Origin: the human T2T-CHM13v2.0 reference genome, Homo sapiens | DNA length: 64,000 nucleotides | Reading direction: 5' to 3' (one strand) | Assembly (NCBI RefSeq): GCF_009914755.1 | Contig: NC_060927.1 | Part shown: positions 1 through 14,559 of the stretch, piece by piece | Layout: the number at the start of each line of letters is the position of its first letter | Numbering within the stretch: position 1 is the first letter of the stretch | Position numbers and translations under genes: made by a program | Notes under the pieces: model-generated | Seen by the model: the letters and a program-made list of their open reading frames with translations, nothing else | What the model was told of the DNA's origin: nothing | Databases searched by the model: none

Positions 1-1929
1 CTAGGTGTCTGGATGTCACCAAACAGCTAGTGAATTTGGGAATGAACAGAAAACATGCTGAAGAAAATTAAAAGTGCTACTCCAGTAAACACACAAATAA
101 TAAGAAAGCAAAACTTCCTTATTACTGATATGAAGAAAGTTGTACTGATCAGGACAGAAGACCAAACTAACCACAACATTCCCTTAAGCCAAAGCCTAAT
201 CCAGAGCAAGGATTTTTAACTCTTTTCAATTCTTAAAAAAAAACAAAACAAAACAAAAAAAAACTCTTTTCAATTCTATGAAGACTGAGAGAAGTGAGAA
301 AGCCATAGAAGAAAAGTTGGAAGCTAGAAGAAATTTGTTCATGAGTTTTAAGAAAAGAAGCCATCTCTATAACATAAAAGTGCAAGGTGATGCAGTGAAT
401 ACTGGTGTCTCAATAATTTGCTGCAGCAAATTATTGAGAGGACCTAGCTCGGCAATTGTTGAAGCTGACTACACTATTCAAGATATGTTCAATGTAGATG
501 AAACAGCCTTCTACTCAAAGCAGATGCCATCTAGGACTTGCATAGCTAGAGAGGAGAAATTGATACCTGGGTTTGATGCAAAACTTCAAAGTTTAGAATG
601 ATTCTCTTCCTGGGGGCTAGTGCAACTTGTAACTTTAAGTTGAAGTTCAACGCTTATCAAACATTCCAAAATCCTAGAGATCTTAGCAGTTATGCCAAGC
701 CTACTTTGCCTGTATTCTCTAAATGAAACAAAGCCAGGATCACAGTATACCTGTTTACATAATGGTTTACTAAATATTTTTTACCAACCATTGAGACTCA
801 CTGCTCAGAAAAAAGAATTTCTTTCAAAACATTACTGCTCATTGTCAATGCATTAGTTCACCCAAGAGTTCTGATGGAGATGTACGAGGAGATTACTGCT
901 GTTTTCATGCCTACTAATACACACCCATTCTGCAGCCCATGGATCCAGAAATAATTTTGACTTTCAAGTATTATTTTTTAAAAAATAACATTTAGTAAGG
1001 CTATAGCTGCCATAGACAGTTATTCCTTTATGAATCTAGAAAAAGTAAATTGAAAACTTTTTAGAAAGGATTTGTTATTCTAGATTACGTAAAGAACATT
1101 TGTGATCCATGAAGGATGTTTAGATATCAACATTAAGAGGTATGTGGAAGAAGTTGTTTCCAACCCTCATGGAAGACTTTCAGGGGTTCAAAACTTCAGG
1201 GGAGGAAGTCACTGCAAATATGGTGGAAATAGCAACAGAACAGAACTAGAATTAGAAATAGAGCCTAAAGATGTGAGTGAATTGCTGCAATCTCATAATA
1301 AAACTTGAACAGATGAGGAGTTGCTTCTGTGGATCAACATAGGAAGTGATTTCTTTAGATGAAATCTACTCCTGGTGAAATGCTGTGAACATTGTTGAAA
1401 TGACAATGAAAAACTTAGAATATGATATAAACCTAGTTGACAAAGCAGCAGCAGGATATGAGATTGACTTCAATTTTGAAAAAAGCTCTACTCTGAGTAA
1501 AATGCTATCAAACAGCATCACATGCCATAGAAAAATCTTTTGTGAAAGGGAGAGTCATTCCATGTAGCAAAATTTATTAGCCTTATTTTAAGAAATTGCC
1601 ATAGCCACTTCAGCTTTCAGCAACCACCACTCTGATAAGTTAGAAGCCAGCCATCAACATCAAGGCAAGATTCTCTACCAGCAAAAATATCATGACTCAT
1701 GGAAGGCTCAGATGATCATCAGCATTTTTCAGCAATAAAGTATTTTTAATTAAGATAGGTATTTTTTTAGACATAATGCTTTTACATAGTTAATAGTCTA
1801 CAGTATAGTGTAAACATAACTTTTATATCCACTGTGAAACCAAAAAATTTGTGTGACTTGCTTTATTGTGATATTCATTTTATTGTGGTGGTCTTGAACT
1901 GGACCTGCAACATGTTTGAGGTATTTGTG
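1..1929 (+). mobile_element. Tigger1 (pogo/TcMar) DNA transposon, decayed; 5' part lies outside the window
   Basis: Transposase remnants (MFNVDETAFYSKQMPSRTCIAREEK in ORF 278..601; LQPMD-type segment near 930). The 3' terminus ...catgtttgaggtatttgtg is followed by TA and resembles the Tigger1 TIR. Confidence 0.92.
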
Positions 1930-2816
1930 TATTAATATTTACAACTAATGTTGACCTAAATTACTTAGAATTGAAATGTTAACATCTGCTAAATTTTAAT
2001 TTTTAATAATCAGTTAAATATTAGAAAAAAATCACTGAAGAAATCCTCCAAATATCCACTGCATAATTAGGCACGAATGAGACATACATAGGTTAATAAG
2101 GAACATGTAAACGAAACCTACATAATTGCTTCTGATGATGGAATTGGCACATTAATGGAGGGAAAGGATAATTCACATATTTTTAATTTGGATTCTTTTA
2201 CATTTCTCAGTATATGGATCAGGACATTTTAATTTAAAAGAATCTAAGCATACTGGGCTAGTTTTTATTCTTTGTAGTTTCACTTGGTGAAACAACACCA
2301 AGATTCTTTTGGAAGACAAACAGGGTTGTATTTAACATGGGTAGCATTCCATTAGAAAAGACCTGGAAGGGAAAATAACAAAGACACTCATGGAATGATA
2401 ATATATTGAAAGATGCTATACATTAGAGATAAAAACATGCCAGAGGCATGAGCAAGGATAGATAAATTGGGATTCAGCTCATAAATAGTGCATTGCTATG
2501 ACAATGGGAAACTAGTTGGAATCAAGTCTTAGAGAAACAATGCTCTAAAGATGATCACAAATACTTCTTCCGTTTCTTATCTAGTTTGACCTTCTCCTTC
2601 ACATTTCTCTTTTTTCCTATAAGAATCCCATTTTGCTTTTAAATTGATTTGTGTAAAGGACTAGTAAACCCTAAATACACCCCAAATTAGGTAGGATTTT
2701 CTTTGTAAATAAAAATACTGGTGACTTAAACACAGTATGTACAATAACTGCCTCTGGCCAACATTGTTTTTCCCAGGCAACTAGAGTCCTAACCTACAAA
2801 GATGATTCTTCCACAT

Positions 2817-2843
2817 TCACACACACACAAACACACACACACA
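2817..2843. repeat. (CA)n microsatellite, interrupted
   Basis: Seen directly. Confidence 0.85.
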
Positions 2844-2885
2844 AATCCTAAACATGCTTTTAAAATGAAGATTGAAAAAGCCATA

Positions 2886-3299
2886 TATATTAGGCCATTC
2901 TCCCGTTGCTATAAATAAATACCTTAGGTTGGGTAATAAGAAAAGAGGTTTAATTGGCTCATGGTTTTGCAGGCTATACAGGAAACATAGAAGCTTCTGC
3001 TACTGGGGAGGTCCCAGGAAGCTTCCAATTATAGCAGAAGGCAAAGGAGAAACAGGTATCTTACCTGGCAGGAGCAGGAGCAAGAGAGAGGGTGGAGGTG
3101 GTGCTACACACTTTTAAACAACCTAATTTTGTGAGAATTCACTCAGTACCATGAGGACAATACCAAGAGGATGGTGATAAACCAATCATGGGAAACAGTC
3201 CTCGTGATCTAATCACCTCCCCCTGGGCTCCATTTCCAACACTGGAGATTACAATTTGATGTGAGATTTGGGTAGGAACACAGATTCAAACCGGTGTCA
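2886..3299 (-). mobile_element. MaLR solo LTR, MSTA-like
   Basis: Sequence tatattaggccattctc...aagaggtttaattggctc...gagatttgggtagg...tca. 5-bp TSD CCATA at 2881-2885 and 3300-3304. Confidence 0.88.
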
Positions 3300-5016
3300 C
3301 CATAATTTTTGTTTGGCAGTTAAAAAAATTTTTAAATTCTTTCTTAAGTAACTGTTATTTTTATATTATATAAGTAGGTGGCCAGCACTATTTTTTGAAC
3401 CAAATACCAATAAATGAGAAGAAACAGAGAAGGCAACATCTTGGTGATATCCTAGGCTCTTCTTGTGCAACATAATGGGTATGGTAGGAGGGAGTCACAA
3501 GAAGACTAATTTATAAAGAAATATTTACATTGCTGGGTTTGTATAGTATCATATAATTTGATAATGAACTATCTAGAAAGTATACAGAAAGATGAAATAA
3601 ATATGCCTTAAGGATAGGAAGAAATCACTTTCTCTTTTAGGAGCTAAGCCAAGATCTATATAAGCTAAATTTAAGAGAAAGCAGAATTTACTATGAAAAT
3701 AACAGAAATTGATCTGACCCACAGTGATGACTTGACAAGGGAAGAAATTGCAAATTACTTCAATAGTTTTATCCCTAGTGGATTTTTAAGCCAAAGTAGA
3801 TAACATGCAGCAAAGTATATTAATATGAACAACAATATGCTGGCAGAAAGATAGAGCAGAAAGCCTCTTAGGTCATTTTCATTATTATTCATTGACTTTA
3901 AAAATCTGTTTGATATCTTAAAAGGTCTTGAAGTTTATGAACACATTTTTCTGTAGTGTTCTAAGGCAAAAAAGAAAAGAAAAGAATAAAAAAATTTTAA
4001 ATAAAATATTGTACCTGAAAGCAATTTTAACCATTTTCTCAGCAAGTTGAACATTTAGAAATGTCTTATGGTGCAGATTAACATAATACCCTAAAATTTG
4101 TGTGATAGTGAAAAATTCCTGGTTCCAGGATCATAGGTCTCAGGCTTAGAGTTTACGACCCTTAAAATACTTGATACCCAAATTACATTCTGAGAGCGTT
4201 TTAATCCCCCTCCCTTGCATGTAAGCTGTGCTATAGCCAAACAACAACAATAGCAGCAAACACTCTATTGTCTTCTTTTCTGACACCCCACGTATTTTCT
4301 GGAGTCCAAGCTTTTGTTCAAGAAAGTTCCAGCAACTTTTATACAGCCCTATTATCACCCTTTGTAAATATCTTAGAGAAAATGCTCAAACTTTAGAGGC
4401 TGAAATAAACACAATTATGTTCTCCCCCTAAACATGCTCTGCTTTATTCCCACTCTTGCTTAGTTATCAACAAATATTCACTTTTTTGAGTTAAAAATAC
4501 CAAAGTCTAACTGACTTCTCTCTCCTCACTGGACATATTCATTAAGCAAGTCTTACTAATTGTTACATTTATTTGGTTGAATCTCCTGGATATTTTTTCC
4601 TCAATTTCACTACCCTTCTTTCAGATGTGACACTTCACTGGATGCGTATGCTGTGCATATATGATTTCATGTTATAAAAATACATTTTTGTATATACAAG
4701 CATCCTTAATAGAGAATAATGTTTTTAATGTTTTAAGAATTTACATATATGATATCCTTTTGAACCTACATTTCAAAGAGCAAATCTTTATTTTGTTTCA
4801 CTCAACATTGTATTTTTGTGATTTATCTATGTCGACATATTTCCTGATTCAGTCTTTTGGTGTTTCATCAGATGACTAGACTATCTATTTCCCCATTGGT
4901 GGACATTCAATGGTGCCAATATTTCTATTACAAACTATGTCTAAATGTTTTGGCCACACAAATGAGAGTTTCTGTAAACCCTATACCTAGAAATAGAAAT
5001 ACTGGCCATACGCTGT

Positions 5017-5533
5017 TACATTAGTTTCCTATTGCTGTTGTAACAAATTACCACAAAATTAGTAGCTTTGAATAGTGCAAATTTGTTATCTTAGAGTTCT
5101 GCAGGCCACGGTCTGAAGTGGGTTTCACTGGGCCAAAATCAAGGGGACTGCTGGGCCACGCTTACTCCAGAGGCTTGAGGGAAGGATCTGTTTGCTTACG
5201 TTGTCCAGTTTCTGCAGGCTGCCTGTGTTCCTTGGTTCCTGGCCCACTTCTCCATCTTCAAAGCCAGTATGTAGGATCTTCAAGTCTCTCTGATACTGAC
5301 CATTTACTTACGTTATCACATCTCCTTCTTTGACTCTGACTCTCCTACCACCCTTTAGAGAGACTCTTACATGACATTGGGCCCATTTACATAATTCAGG
5401 ATTATCTCTCCAGCTTAAAATCTTTAACTTAATCATGTTTCAAAGACCCTTCTGCCATTTAAAGTAACACATTCACATGTTCAACAGATTAGAATGTAGA
5501 AATCATTAATGGGATAGCATTCAGCCTACCACA
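5017..5533 (-). mobile_element. MaLR solo LTR, MLT1D-like
   Basis: attagtttcctattgctgttgtaacaaattaccaca...cagcctaccaca matches the MLT1 reverse strand. Confidence 0.82.
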
Positions 5534-5699
5534 GGTATAAAGATCATGAAGTTACTAGACATACTATCACTTTTTCTTCAATGCAGTTGTAGCAATTTAA
5601 GTACTGCCTCCAGTGTTTCTATGTCTTCATCAATACCTGGCATTGTCAGCTTCTCTGGAAGGCATAAAACCTGAACTAATTGCTATTACGTATAACTTA

Positions 5700-8600
5700 A
5701 AATTTTGATGTAATTTTAAATAAACAAAAAAGTTGCAAGAATAAAATAAGGAACCATTGTATATCACCTACATTCGCCTATTTTTAAATTTCATCCCATT
5801 TGAGACTAAGGTGCAAATGCATATTTATCTATAACCGTTTATCTAGAAACATTTTGGTATGTATTGCCTAAGAATAAAGATAATCTTTTATTCACTCATA
5901 TTGCAATTATGTAAATCAGGACAGTTAATATTGATTTAATATTAATTGATCCCCAGTCCTATTCAAATTTTGTCAATTGCTTAATAATACCCTTTATGCT
6001 TCTTGTTGCTTGATTCAGGACTCAATTCAGAATCATGTTGCATTTGTTTGTCATCTCTTCTTAGATTCCTTTCATTTGAAAAATTTCTTTGGTCTAATAT
6101 TTTGAAAGAATGCAGGCCAGTTTTTCTATAGCATTTCTTTCAGTTTGGGTTTATCTAATATATCTCCATGATATTATTCAGGTTTTATATATTTTGGGCA
6201 GGAATACCTCAGAAATGATGTTATTTCCTTCTCAGTGCAGCCTATCAGGAGGCACATGATATTTTTTTCCCCAAATTTAGCGATAATACATTTAGTTTAT
6301 TGTTTAGGGTGGTTTTGCTAGATTTCTCCACCATAACATTATAGACACCCTAGAAATATCTCAGGCTCAATTGCAGACCACCACAATAAGGTGAATAATG
6401 CAACAAAATGAGTCACACAAATGTTTTGCTTTCCAGTGTATATAAATGTTATCGTTACACTATCTTGTAGTCTATTAAGTGTGCAATAGCACTATGCCTA
6501 AAAAACTATGTAAATATTTAAATTAAAAATACTGTATTGATAAAGAATACTAATAATCATCTGAGCCTTCAGCAAGTCATAGTTTTTTTTGCTGGTGGAG
6601 GTTCTTGCCTTGATGTTGATTCTGGCTGACTGATCAGAGTGGTGGTTATTGAAGACTGGGTGGCTGTGGCAATTTCTTAAAGTAAGACAACACTGAAGTT
6701 TGCAACTTCAGTTGACTCTTCCTTTCATAAAACATTTCTCTGTGGCATGGTATGCTGTTTGATAGCATTTTACCCACAGTAGAACCTCTTTCAAAATAGG
6801 AGTCAGTATCTTAACCACTGCCACTGTTTAATTAAGCAGGTTTATATAATATTCTAAGATCTTCATTGTCATTTCAACCCTGTTTATAGCATATTCACCA
6901 GAAACAGATTCCAATGCAAGAGAACAATTTCTTTGCATATTTATAAGTAGTAACACCTCATCCTTTCAATATCTGCCATGAAATTGTAGCAATTCAATAG
7001 CATCTTCAGGCTTTACTTCTAATTCTACTTCTTTTGCTATTACTTCCAGTTCTACTTCTCTTGCTATAATCACCTGCAGTGATTTCCTCCACTGAAGTTT
7101 TGAACCCTTGAAAATATTCCATAAGGGTTGGAATAATACTCTTAATGTTAATATTTTGAAGTCCTTTTATGAATCACAAATGTTATTTAAGGCATCTAGA
7201 ATGATAAAGGCTTTCCAGAATGTTTTCAATTTACTTTTCCTAGATCCATAAAGGAATCACTATCTATAGCAGCTATAGCCTTATGAAATGTATTTCTTAA
7301 ATAATAAGACTTGAAAGTCAGAATTACTTCTGGATCCATGGGCTGCAGAATTGACATGTTAGTGGGCATAAATACAACAGTAATCTGCTTGTACCTCTCC
7401 ATCAGAACTCTTGGGTGACTATGTCCATTGTCAATAAGCAGCAATGTTTTGAAAGGAATTTTTTTTTTCTGAGCAGTGGTTCTCAACAATGGGTTGAAAT
7501 ATTTAGTAAGCCATGATGTAAACAGATGTGCTGTGATCCTGGCTTTGTTGTTTCATTTAGAGAACACAGGCAGAGTAGATGTAGCATAATTGTCAAGTGC
7601 CCTAGAATTTGTGAAATGGTCAATAAGCATTGGCTTCAACTTAGTCACCAGTTGCATTAGCCCCTAGAAAGACAGTCAGCCTATACTTTGAAGCTTTGCA
7701 TGAAACCCAGGCATCAATTTCTTCTCTCCAGCTATGCAAGTCTTAGATGACATCCTCTTAGAATAGAAGGCTGTTTTATCTGCATCAAAAATATCTTGTT
7801 TAGTGTAGTACCTTCAACAATTGTCTCATCTACCTCTTCTGGATAACTTGAAGCAGCTTTTTCATCAACACTTGCTGCTTCACTTTGTACTTTTATGTTA
7901 GAGAGATGGCTTCTTTCCTTAAACATCATGAATCAATTTCTGATAGCTTCAAACTTTTCTTCTGCAACTTTCTCACCTCTCTCAGCCTTCATAGACTTGA
8001 AAAGAGTTAGGTCCTTGCTTTGGAATAGGCTTTGGCCTAAGGGAATGTTGTGGCCGGTTTGATCTGTCCCGGAGCAGTAAAACTTTCTTCATATCAGCGA
8101 TAAGGCCGTTTTACTTTCTTATCATTTGAGTGTTTATGGAAATAGCACTTTTAATTTCCTTGAAGAATGTTTTTTCATTCACAACTTGGCTATCTGTTTG
8201 GTGACATCTAGATGCCTAGCTTTCAGCCTATGGTGGTTTTCAACATGTCTTCCTCACTAAGCTGAATTATTTTTAGCTTTTAAAGTGCAAGACGTGTGCC
8301 TTGAACTTTAACACTTGAACACTTAGATGCCGTTTTAGGGTTATTAACTAGCTTAATTTCAATATGGTTGTATTTCAGGGAATAGGGAGGCCCAAAAAGT
8401 AGGAGAGAGACAGAGAAACAGACAATCAGTGAAGCAGTCAGAACATTTATTGTCACAACATTTATTGATTAATTTTGCCGTCTCATATGGGTGCATTTCT
8501 TAGCATCCCAAAACAATTACAATAGTAACCTTGAAGATTACTTACTGATCACAGATCACCATAACAAATATAATAATGAAAAACTTTGAAATATTGTGAG

Positions 8601-9060
8601 AATTACCAAAATGTACATAGAGACACAAAGTGAGTACATACTGTTGGAAATGGTACCAACAGATTTGCCAACATAGTTGCCATAAACCTTCAATTTGTGA
8701 AAAATGCAATATCTACAAAGTACAATTTTAAAAATGAAATGCAGTAAAATGAGGTATGCCTGTATATTTTTTTCTTTGTAATTAGTAACTAATTTGTGGG
8801 GATGTACCATGAGATTATAGGTATTTTTTTAATGAAACTTTACTCACTAATTTTAGCATTTATGTGTGAGTTTAGCACCATCAATAATTCCGTATTTATT
8901 AGTTTGCATTTTTATTTGTATGTTCCAGTTGTCCCAGATTTGGCCAGTTAGAGCCCCTTCAAACCAGCTGAACTATATTTTTAATATATCTCCATCATTC
9001 ATTGAATAATCTATTATTTTGTGTCATGAAAAGATGTCCTGGTCTCACCTTATGCCTATG
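5700..9060 (-). mobile_element. Old L1 3' region (L1MC-like), split by the Tigger1 at 6342-8762
   Basis: L1MC-type 3' sequence (aaaagttgcaagaata..., tcaggaggcacatgat) stops at 6341 and resumes after 8763 (tttgtaattagtaactaatttgtggggatg). Boundaries approximate. Confidence 0.6.
6342..8762 (-). mobile_element. Full-length (~2.4 kb) Tigger1 DNA transposon with decayed transposase
   Basis: Both termini present: gaggtatgcctg|TA at 8751-8764 and a degenerate TIR at ~6342. Transposase remnants [11 protein letters not shown]...SILQPMD (ORF 7226..7489) and [18 protein letters not shown] (ORF 7732..7929). Confidence 0.93.
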
Positions 9061-9735
9061 TTTAATTATTTTCTATCCATTTTGTCTTGCAGTGCTTAGC
9101 CTTAAATGTGTGATGAAATAATATTATTGAGTGTCTTGGTGGTTAGTATTTATTATTCAATCCTAAATGCATTGAATACTAAAATGTGATGATGACATGA
9201 GGGAAAACAGAGAGAAGAGGATGGCAGTGACTGGGAGAGAAAATAATGATATAAAGATGGCATTGATCAGAATTACTATACATCTTGGAAAATGAATTTC
9301 TCTCAGTGATGTTGTCTAGGGCTTCATGTAATACTAAACAGCAGAATAGTTTAGAAATACAGCAAGTAATAATTAAAAAGCAACATGACTGTAGCAATAA
9401 GAAGGCCTTCTAAACCCTTTTTCCTCAAAAAGATGTTATATACAGTTTTGTATTTCTAAACCCTAGCACTCAAATGTTTTCTGTAGAATAGTATGTATCT
9501 TTCTATATGCAGTGTATAAAATATTAGATATAATTTAACTAAATAATTTTGCATTAAAACTCTTTCATATCTACTTGGCCTTTGTGCATGTGTATATGTG
9601 TTTTACTCTTACTTGTAGCTCTCTGTGCCCTCTTAAATTGTGGCATTAGTATTTTAAGTGATTGTGTTTTTATTCTTTTATAAAATATACCTGCACACAC
9701 TCGCCCAGACATTTAGTCTTTGCTGTGTTTCAGTT

Positions 9736-10194
9736 CATATTAGTTCTCCACTGCTGGTTTAAAAAATTGCTACAAACTTAATGGCTTAAAACAATACAAA
9801 TTTATTATTGTTCATTTCTGGAAGTCAGAGTCTGAAATGGGTCTCAGCTGGTTAAACCCAACATGTCAGCAGATCTGTGTTCCTAATGAAGGTTCTAGGG
9901 GAGAATTGATTTTCTTGCTCTTTCCTGCTCCTAGAAGTTACCCACACATTCCCTGGCCTGTAGACCCATTCCTTGATCTTCAAAGTCAGCAGTACCCAGC
10001 TGAGTCCTCACACTGCCATCTCTCTATTTAATTACCTGGATAATCTGAATCATGTCCCTAAATTAAGGTTAGCTGATAGCAAACTTAATTCAATTTGGTA
10101 CATTAAGTTTCATTTGCCATATAATGTAATATATTCAATGCTTCTGAGGATTAGAAGATGGACATCTTTGGGGGACCATTATTCTACTTCTCAC
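9736..10194 (-). mobile_element. MaLR solo LTR, MLT1D-like
   Basis: acaaacttaatggcttaaaacaatacaaatttatt...ggacatctttgggggaccattattctac...aca. Confidence 0.8.
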
Positions 10195-10344
10195 AGTACC
10201 CAAGACTAATAATATTCCTGCATGGGTAGAAATTGTATTTTAATGGGGGAGACAGAAATTCAATAAACATAGACATGTGTCATAAATGCCCAAGAATAGA
10301 TACATACTTGAATACAGCAAGGTAAATATTGAGGGCAATAAAAA

Positions 10345-10450
10345 GATGACTATATTATCTCCAGTTTACAAATGAAGAATTAAGATCAGGCAGGGTTAGG
10401 CACTTTTGCCGTTGTTAATTTGACATTTACATCTATCTCTTCCACAAATC
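10345..10450. mobile_element. MIR fragment
   Basis: MIR core-like tattatctccagtttacaaatgaagaattaagatcagg. Confidence 0.5.
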
Positions 10451-10463
10451 CCATGCTGTTTTC

Positions 10464-12336
10464 TTTTTTTAAAAAAAATTCAACTTTTATTATGGATTAA
10501 AGGGTACACATGCAGGTTGTTATAAAGGTAAATTGTGTGATGCTGAACCTTGGGGTCCCAACAATCCTGTCACCCAGGACATAAGCATAGGACCCGACAG
10601 GTGGTTCTTCAGTCCATGCCCCCCTTCCTCCCTCCCATATAATGATCCCCGGTGTCTATTGTTCTCATCTTTACAATCAAGTGTATTCAATGTTTAGCTT
10701 CTACTTATAAGTGAGAACATGCAGTACTTGGTTTGCGGTTCTTGTGTTAGGTTGTTTAGGATAATGGCCTCCAGCTCCATCATGTTTCTGCAAAGGACAT
10801 GATTTTGTTGTTTTATATGGCTACATAGTATTCCATGGTGTATATGTATGACATCTTCTTTATTCAACCTACTGCTGATGGGCATTTAGGTTGATTCCAC
10901 GTTTTTGCTCTTGTGAATAGGGCTACAGTGAGCATACAGGTGCATATGTCTTTAAGACAGAATGAATTATTTTCATCTGGGTACATACCCAGGAGTGGGA
11001 TCGTTGGGTCAAATGATAATTCTATTTTTAAGTTCTGTGAGATATTTCCAAATTGCTCTCCACAGTGGCTAAACTCATTTTCACTCCCACCCTCAATGTA
11101 TAAGCATTCCCTTTCCTCTGCAGTATCACACATCTGTTGTGTCTTGACTTTTTAATAATAGCCATTCTGACTGCTGTGAGATGGTATCTCACTGTGGTTT
11201 TGATTTGCATTTCTCTAATGATTAGGGATGTTGAACATTTTTTCATATGTTTGTTGGCAAGCTGTATGTATTCTTTTGAGAAGTATCTGTTTATGTCCTT
11301 TGCCCATTTTCTAATTGGATTGTTTGTTTTTTGCTTGTTGATTTAAGTGCCTTGTAGATTCAGGCTATTAGATCGTTGTCACATTCATAGTGTGCAAATA
11401 TTTTCTTCCATTCTGTAGGCTGTCTGTTTACTCTGTTAGCAATTTCTTTTGCTGTGCAGGAGCTCTTTAGTTTAATTAGATCCCACTTGTCAATTTTTGG
11501 TTTTGTTGCAATTACTTTTGGAGATTTAGCCATAACTTCTTTGCCAAAGCCTATGTTGAGAAGGGTATTTCCTAGGTTTTCTAACATTTTTATAGTGTTA
11601 GGTTTTACATTTAAATCTTTAACCCATCTTCAGATAATTTTCATAGATAGTGAAAAGTAGAGGTCCATTTCCATTCTTCCCAACACCATTTATTGAATAG
11701 GAAGTACTTTTCCCATTGCTTTTTTTGTTGTTGATTTTGCAAAAGATCAGAAGGTTTTAGGCATGCAGGTTTATTTCTGGGTTCTCTATTCTGTTCCACT
11801 GTTCTATGTGTCTATGTTTGTACCAGTACTATACTATTTTTATTACTGTAGCCTTGTAATATAGTTTGGAGTCAAGTAGTATGATGTCTCTACTTTCGTT
11901 CTTTTTGTTTAGGATTGCTTTGGCTATTCAGGCACTTTTTTGGTTCCCAGTGACTTTCAGAATAGATTTTTCTAATTCTGTGAAAAGTGACGTTGGTCTT
12001 TTAATAGGAATAGCAATGAACTATAAATTGCTTTGGGCAATATGACCATTTTAACTATATCGACTCTTCTATTCCACGTGCATGGAATATTTTCTGTTTA
12101 TTTGTGTTGGCTCTGATCTCTTTCAACAGTATTTTGCAGTTCTCCTGGTAGAGGTCATTCACCTCCTTGGTTAGATGGATTCCTATGTATTTAATTTTCT
12201 TTGTAGTTATTATAAATGAGATTGTGTTCTGGATTTGTTTGTCAGCTAGAGTGCTATCGGTGTATAACAATGCTACTGATTTTTGTACATGATTCTATAT
12301 CCTGAAACTTAATTTGCTTATCAATGTCAGGGGCTT
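10464..12336 (-). mobile_element. 5'-truncated L1 (L1PA15/16-like): 3' UTR plus ORF2 C-terminus
   Basis: ORF2 remnants ([24 protein letters not shown]; [11 protein letters not shown]). Degenerate TSD catgct(g/c)ttttc at 10452-10463 and 12337-12348. Confidence 0.9.
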
Positions 12337-12724
12337 CATGCTCTTTTCATGATGCAGCTCTGTTTCACCATCTCTCCAGTTCTCAGGTGAAGATAGTAAT
12401 GAGTCTACTCATGTTATTCATAATTGTATCTCATAACAAAACCTCAATAATAATTTTCTGTTGGTGTTATACTTCTAAGCCATTCTCATCTCATATTTTT
12501 ATTTTAAGCACAGAGCCAATAGAATAAAATAATTTTCTTGAGATATATACTCATAAATCTCCTTTGAAAAAATTTCTGAAGTCAAACCCATAGAAGTATC
12601 TATATCTTATAACATTTCCCACATTTTTCCATGAATTTCTTGAATGCCCTCTGAAGGTGGGCCAGAGCCATGGATAAAATATCAGTAAGCAATGGATGTC
12701 ACCTCTAAGAAAATAAGCAAGGCA

Positions 12725-13042
<318 letters not shown>

Positions 13043-13234
13043 TCAAAAATCGTGATCAGTGGCTGATATAGTCCTAAGAGGTTGTTTTTAATAACTTTCT
13101 TTCTCCATTTCTTTAAAATGGAGAATAATACTCAAGAAGCAGGTTACATAGTTTTCTTTGTGGTAAATTATTTTCTTCATTTTCTTGCTATTGCTACTTG
13201 AGTCATTCTACTGTTCGAAAGTAAAGTTCAGTGA

Positions 13235-13758
<524 letters not shown>

Positions 13759-14559
13759 GTGATACTTATTTTTGTAGCATTGATACTTAGCACAAAGTCA
13801 AGCACATAACAGAGATTCAATAGAAAAAATATGACTGAAAGGCTGAATGAATAAATTATTGATACCTTATCAGAGCATTTTGACTCCTCACTAGTTCTGT
13901 TATTGTTTCTTAGGTCTGTAACTGCGTTTATCTCTATGCAAAATATGGAACACTTGCTTTATCTTTAGTGTTGAATTAACACAGGTATTTCTTATTTTTT
14001 AGATTCAAAGAATTAGCTGGACTATGTCTCCAGGTGGATGACTCTATGGAAACTTTGAGCTGTATGGAACAACCTCCTGATCATCCATTTACCTTGCTTT
14101 GGTACATTAGGACTTTAATAGAAACTGCCTAATGTGCAGGTAAGTCAGCAAGAAATGAAATATGGGTCATTATTCAGTGGTACCAATTGAGCAGAGCAGC
14201 CAAATGTAAATCATTGAGAAATGGGAATGGTTCATCCCGTTTTGCAATTTGAAGTAAGTCTAAAGACTTCATGTGGCAGAGAGGTCCCAGGGTTCACTTT
14301 GGAAAGCTGAGCAGCAAGTTTCTCTCCTCTAAGGGTCCATCTGATACTAACAATTCTAATCTCTAGCAAATGGAAGCACAGACTGTATTTTTCCCTATGC
14401 TCTCTAATTGTCTAACAATAACCTTCATGTACATATGTTATACTATGTGACTTTCAGTTTGTCACTTGGGTTTTCCAAACCTCACTTAATTCATAAGACA
14501 AAAATTACAGCTACTCTGGCTACTCGGCATGATTCTCTTTTAGCACTGAATAAACTATG

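Noticed and set aside
278-1567. Active or domesticated (TIGD-like) transposase
   Set aside because: Both Tigger1 copies have multiple stops and frameshifts.
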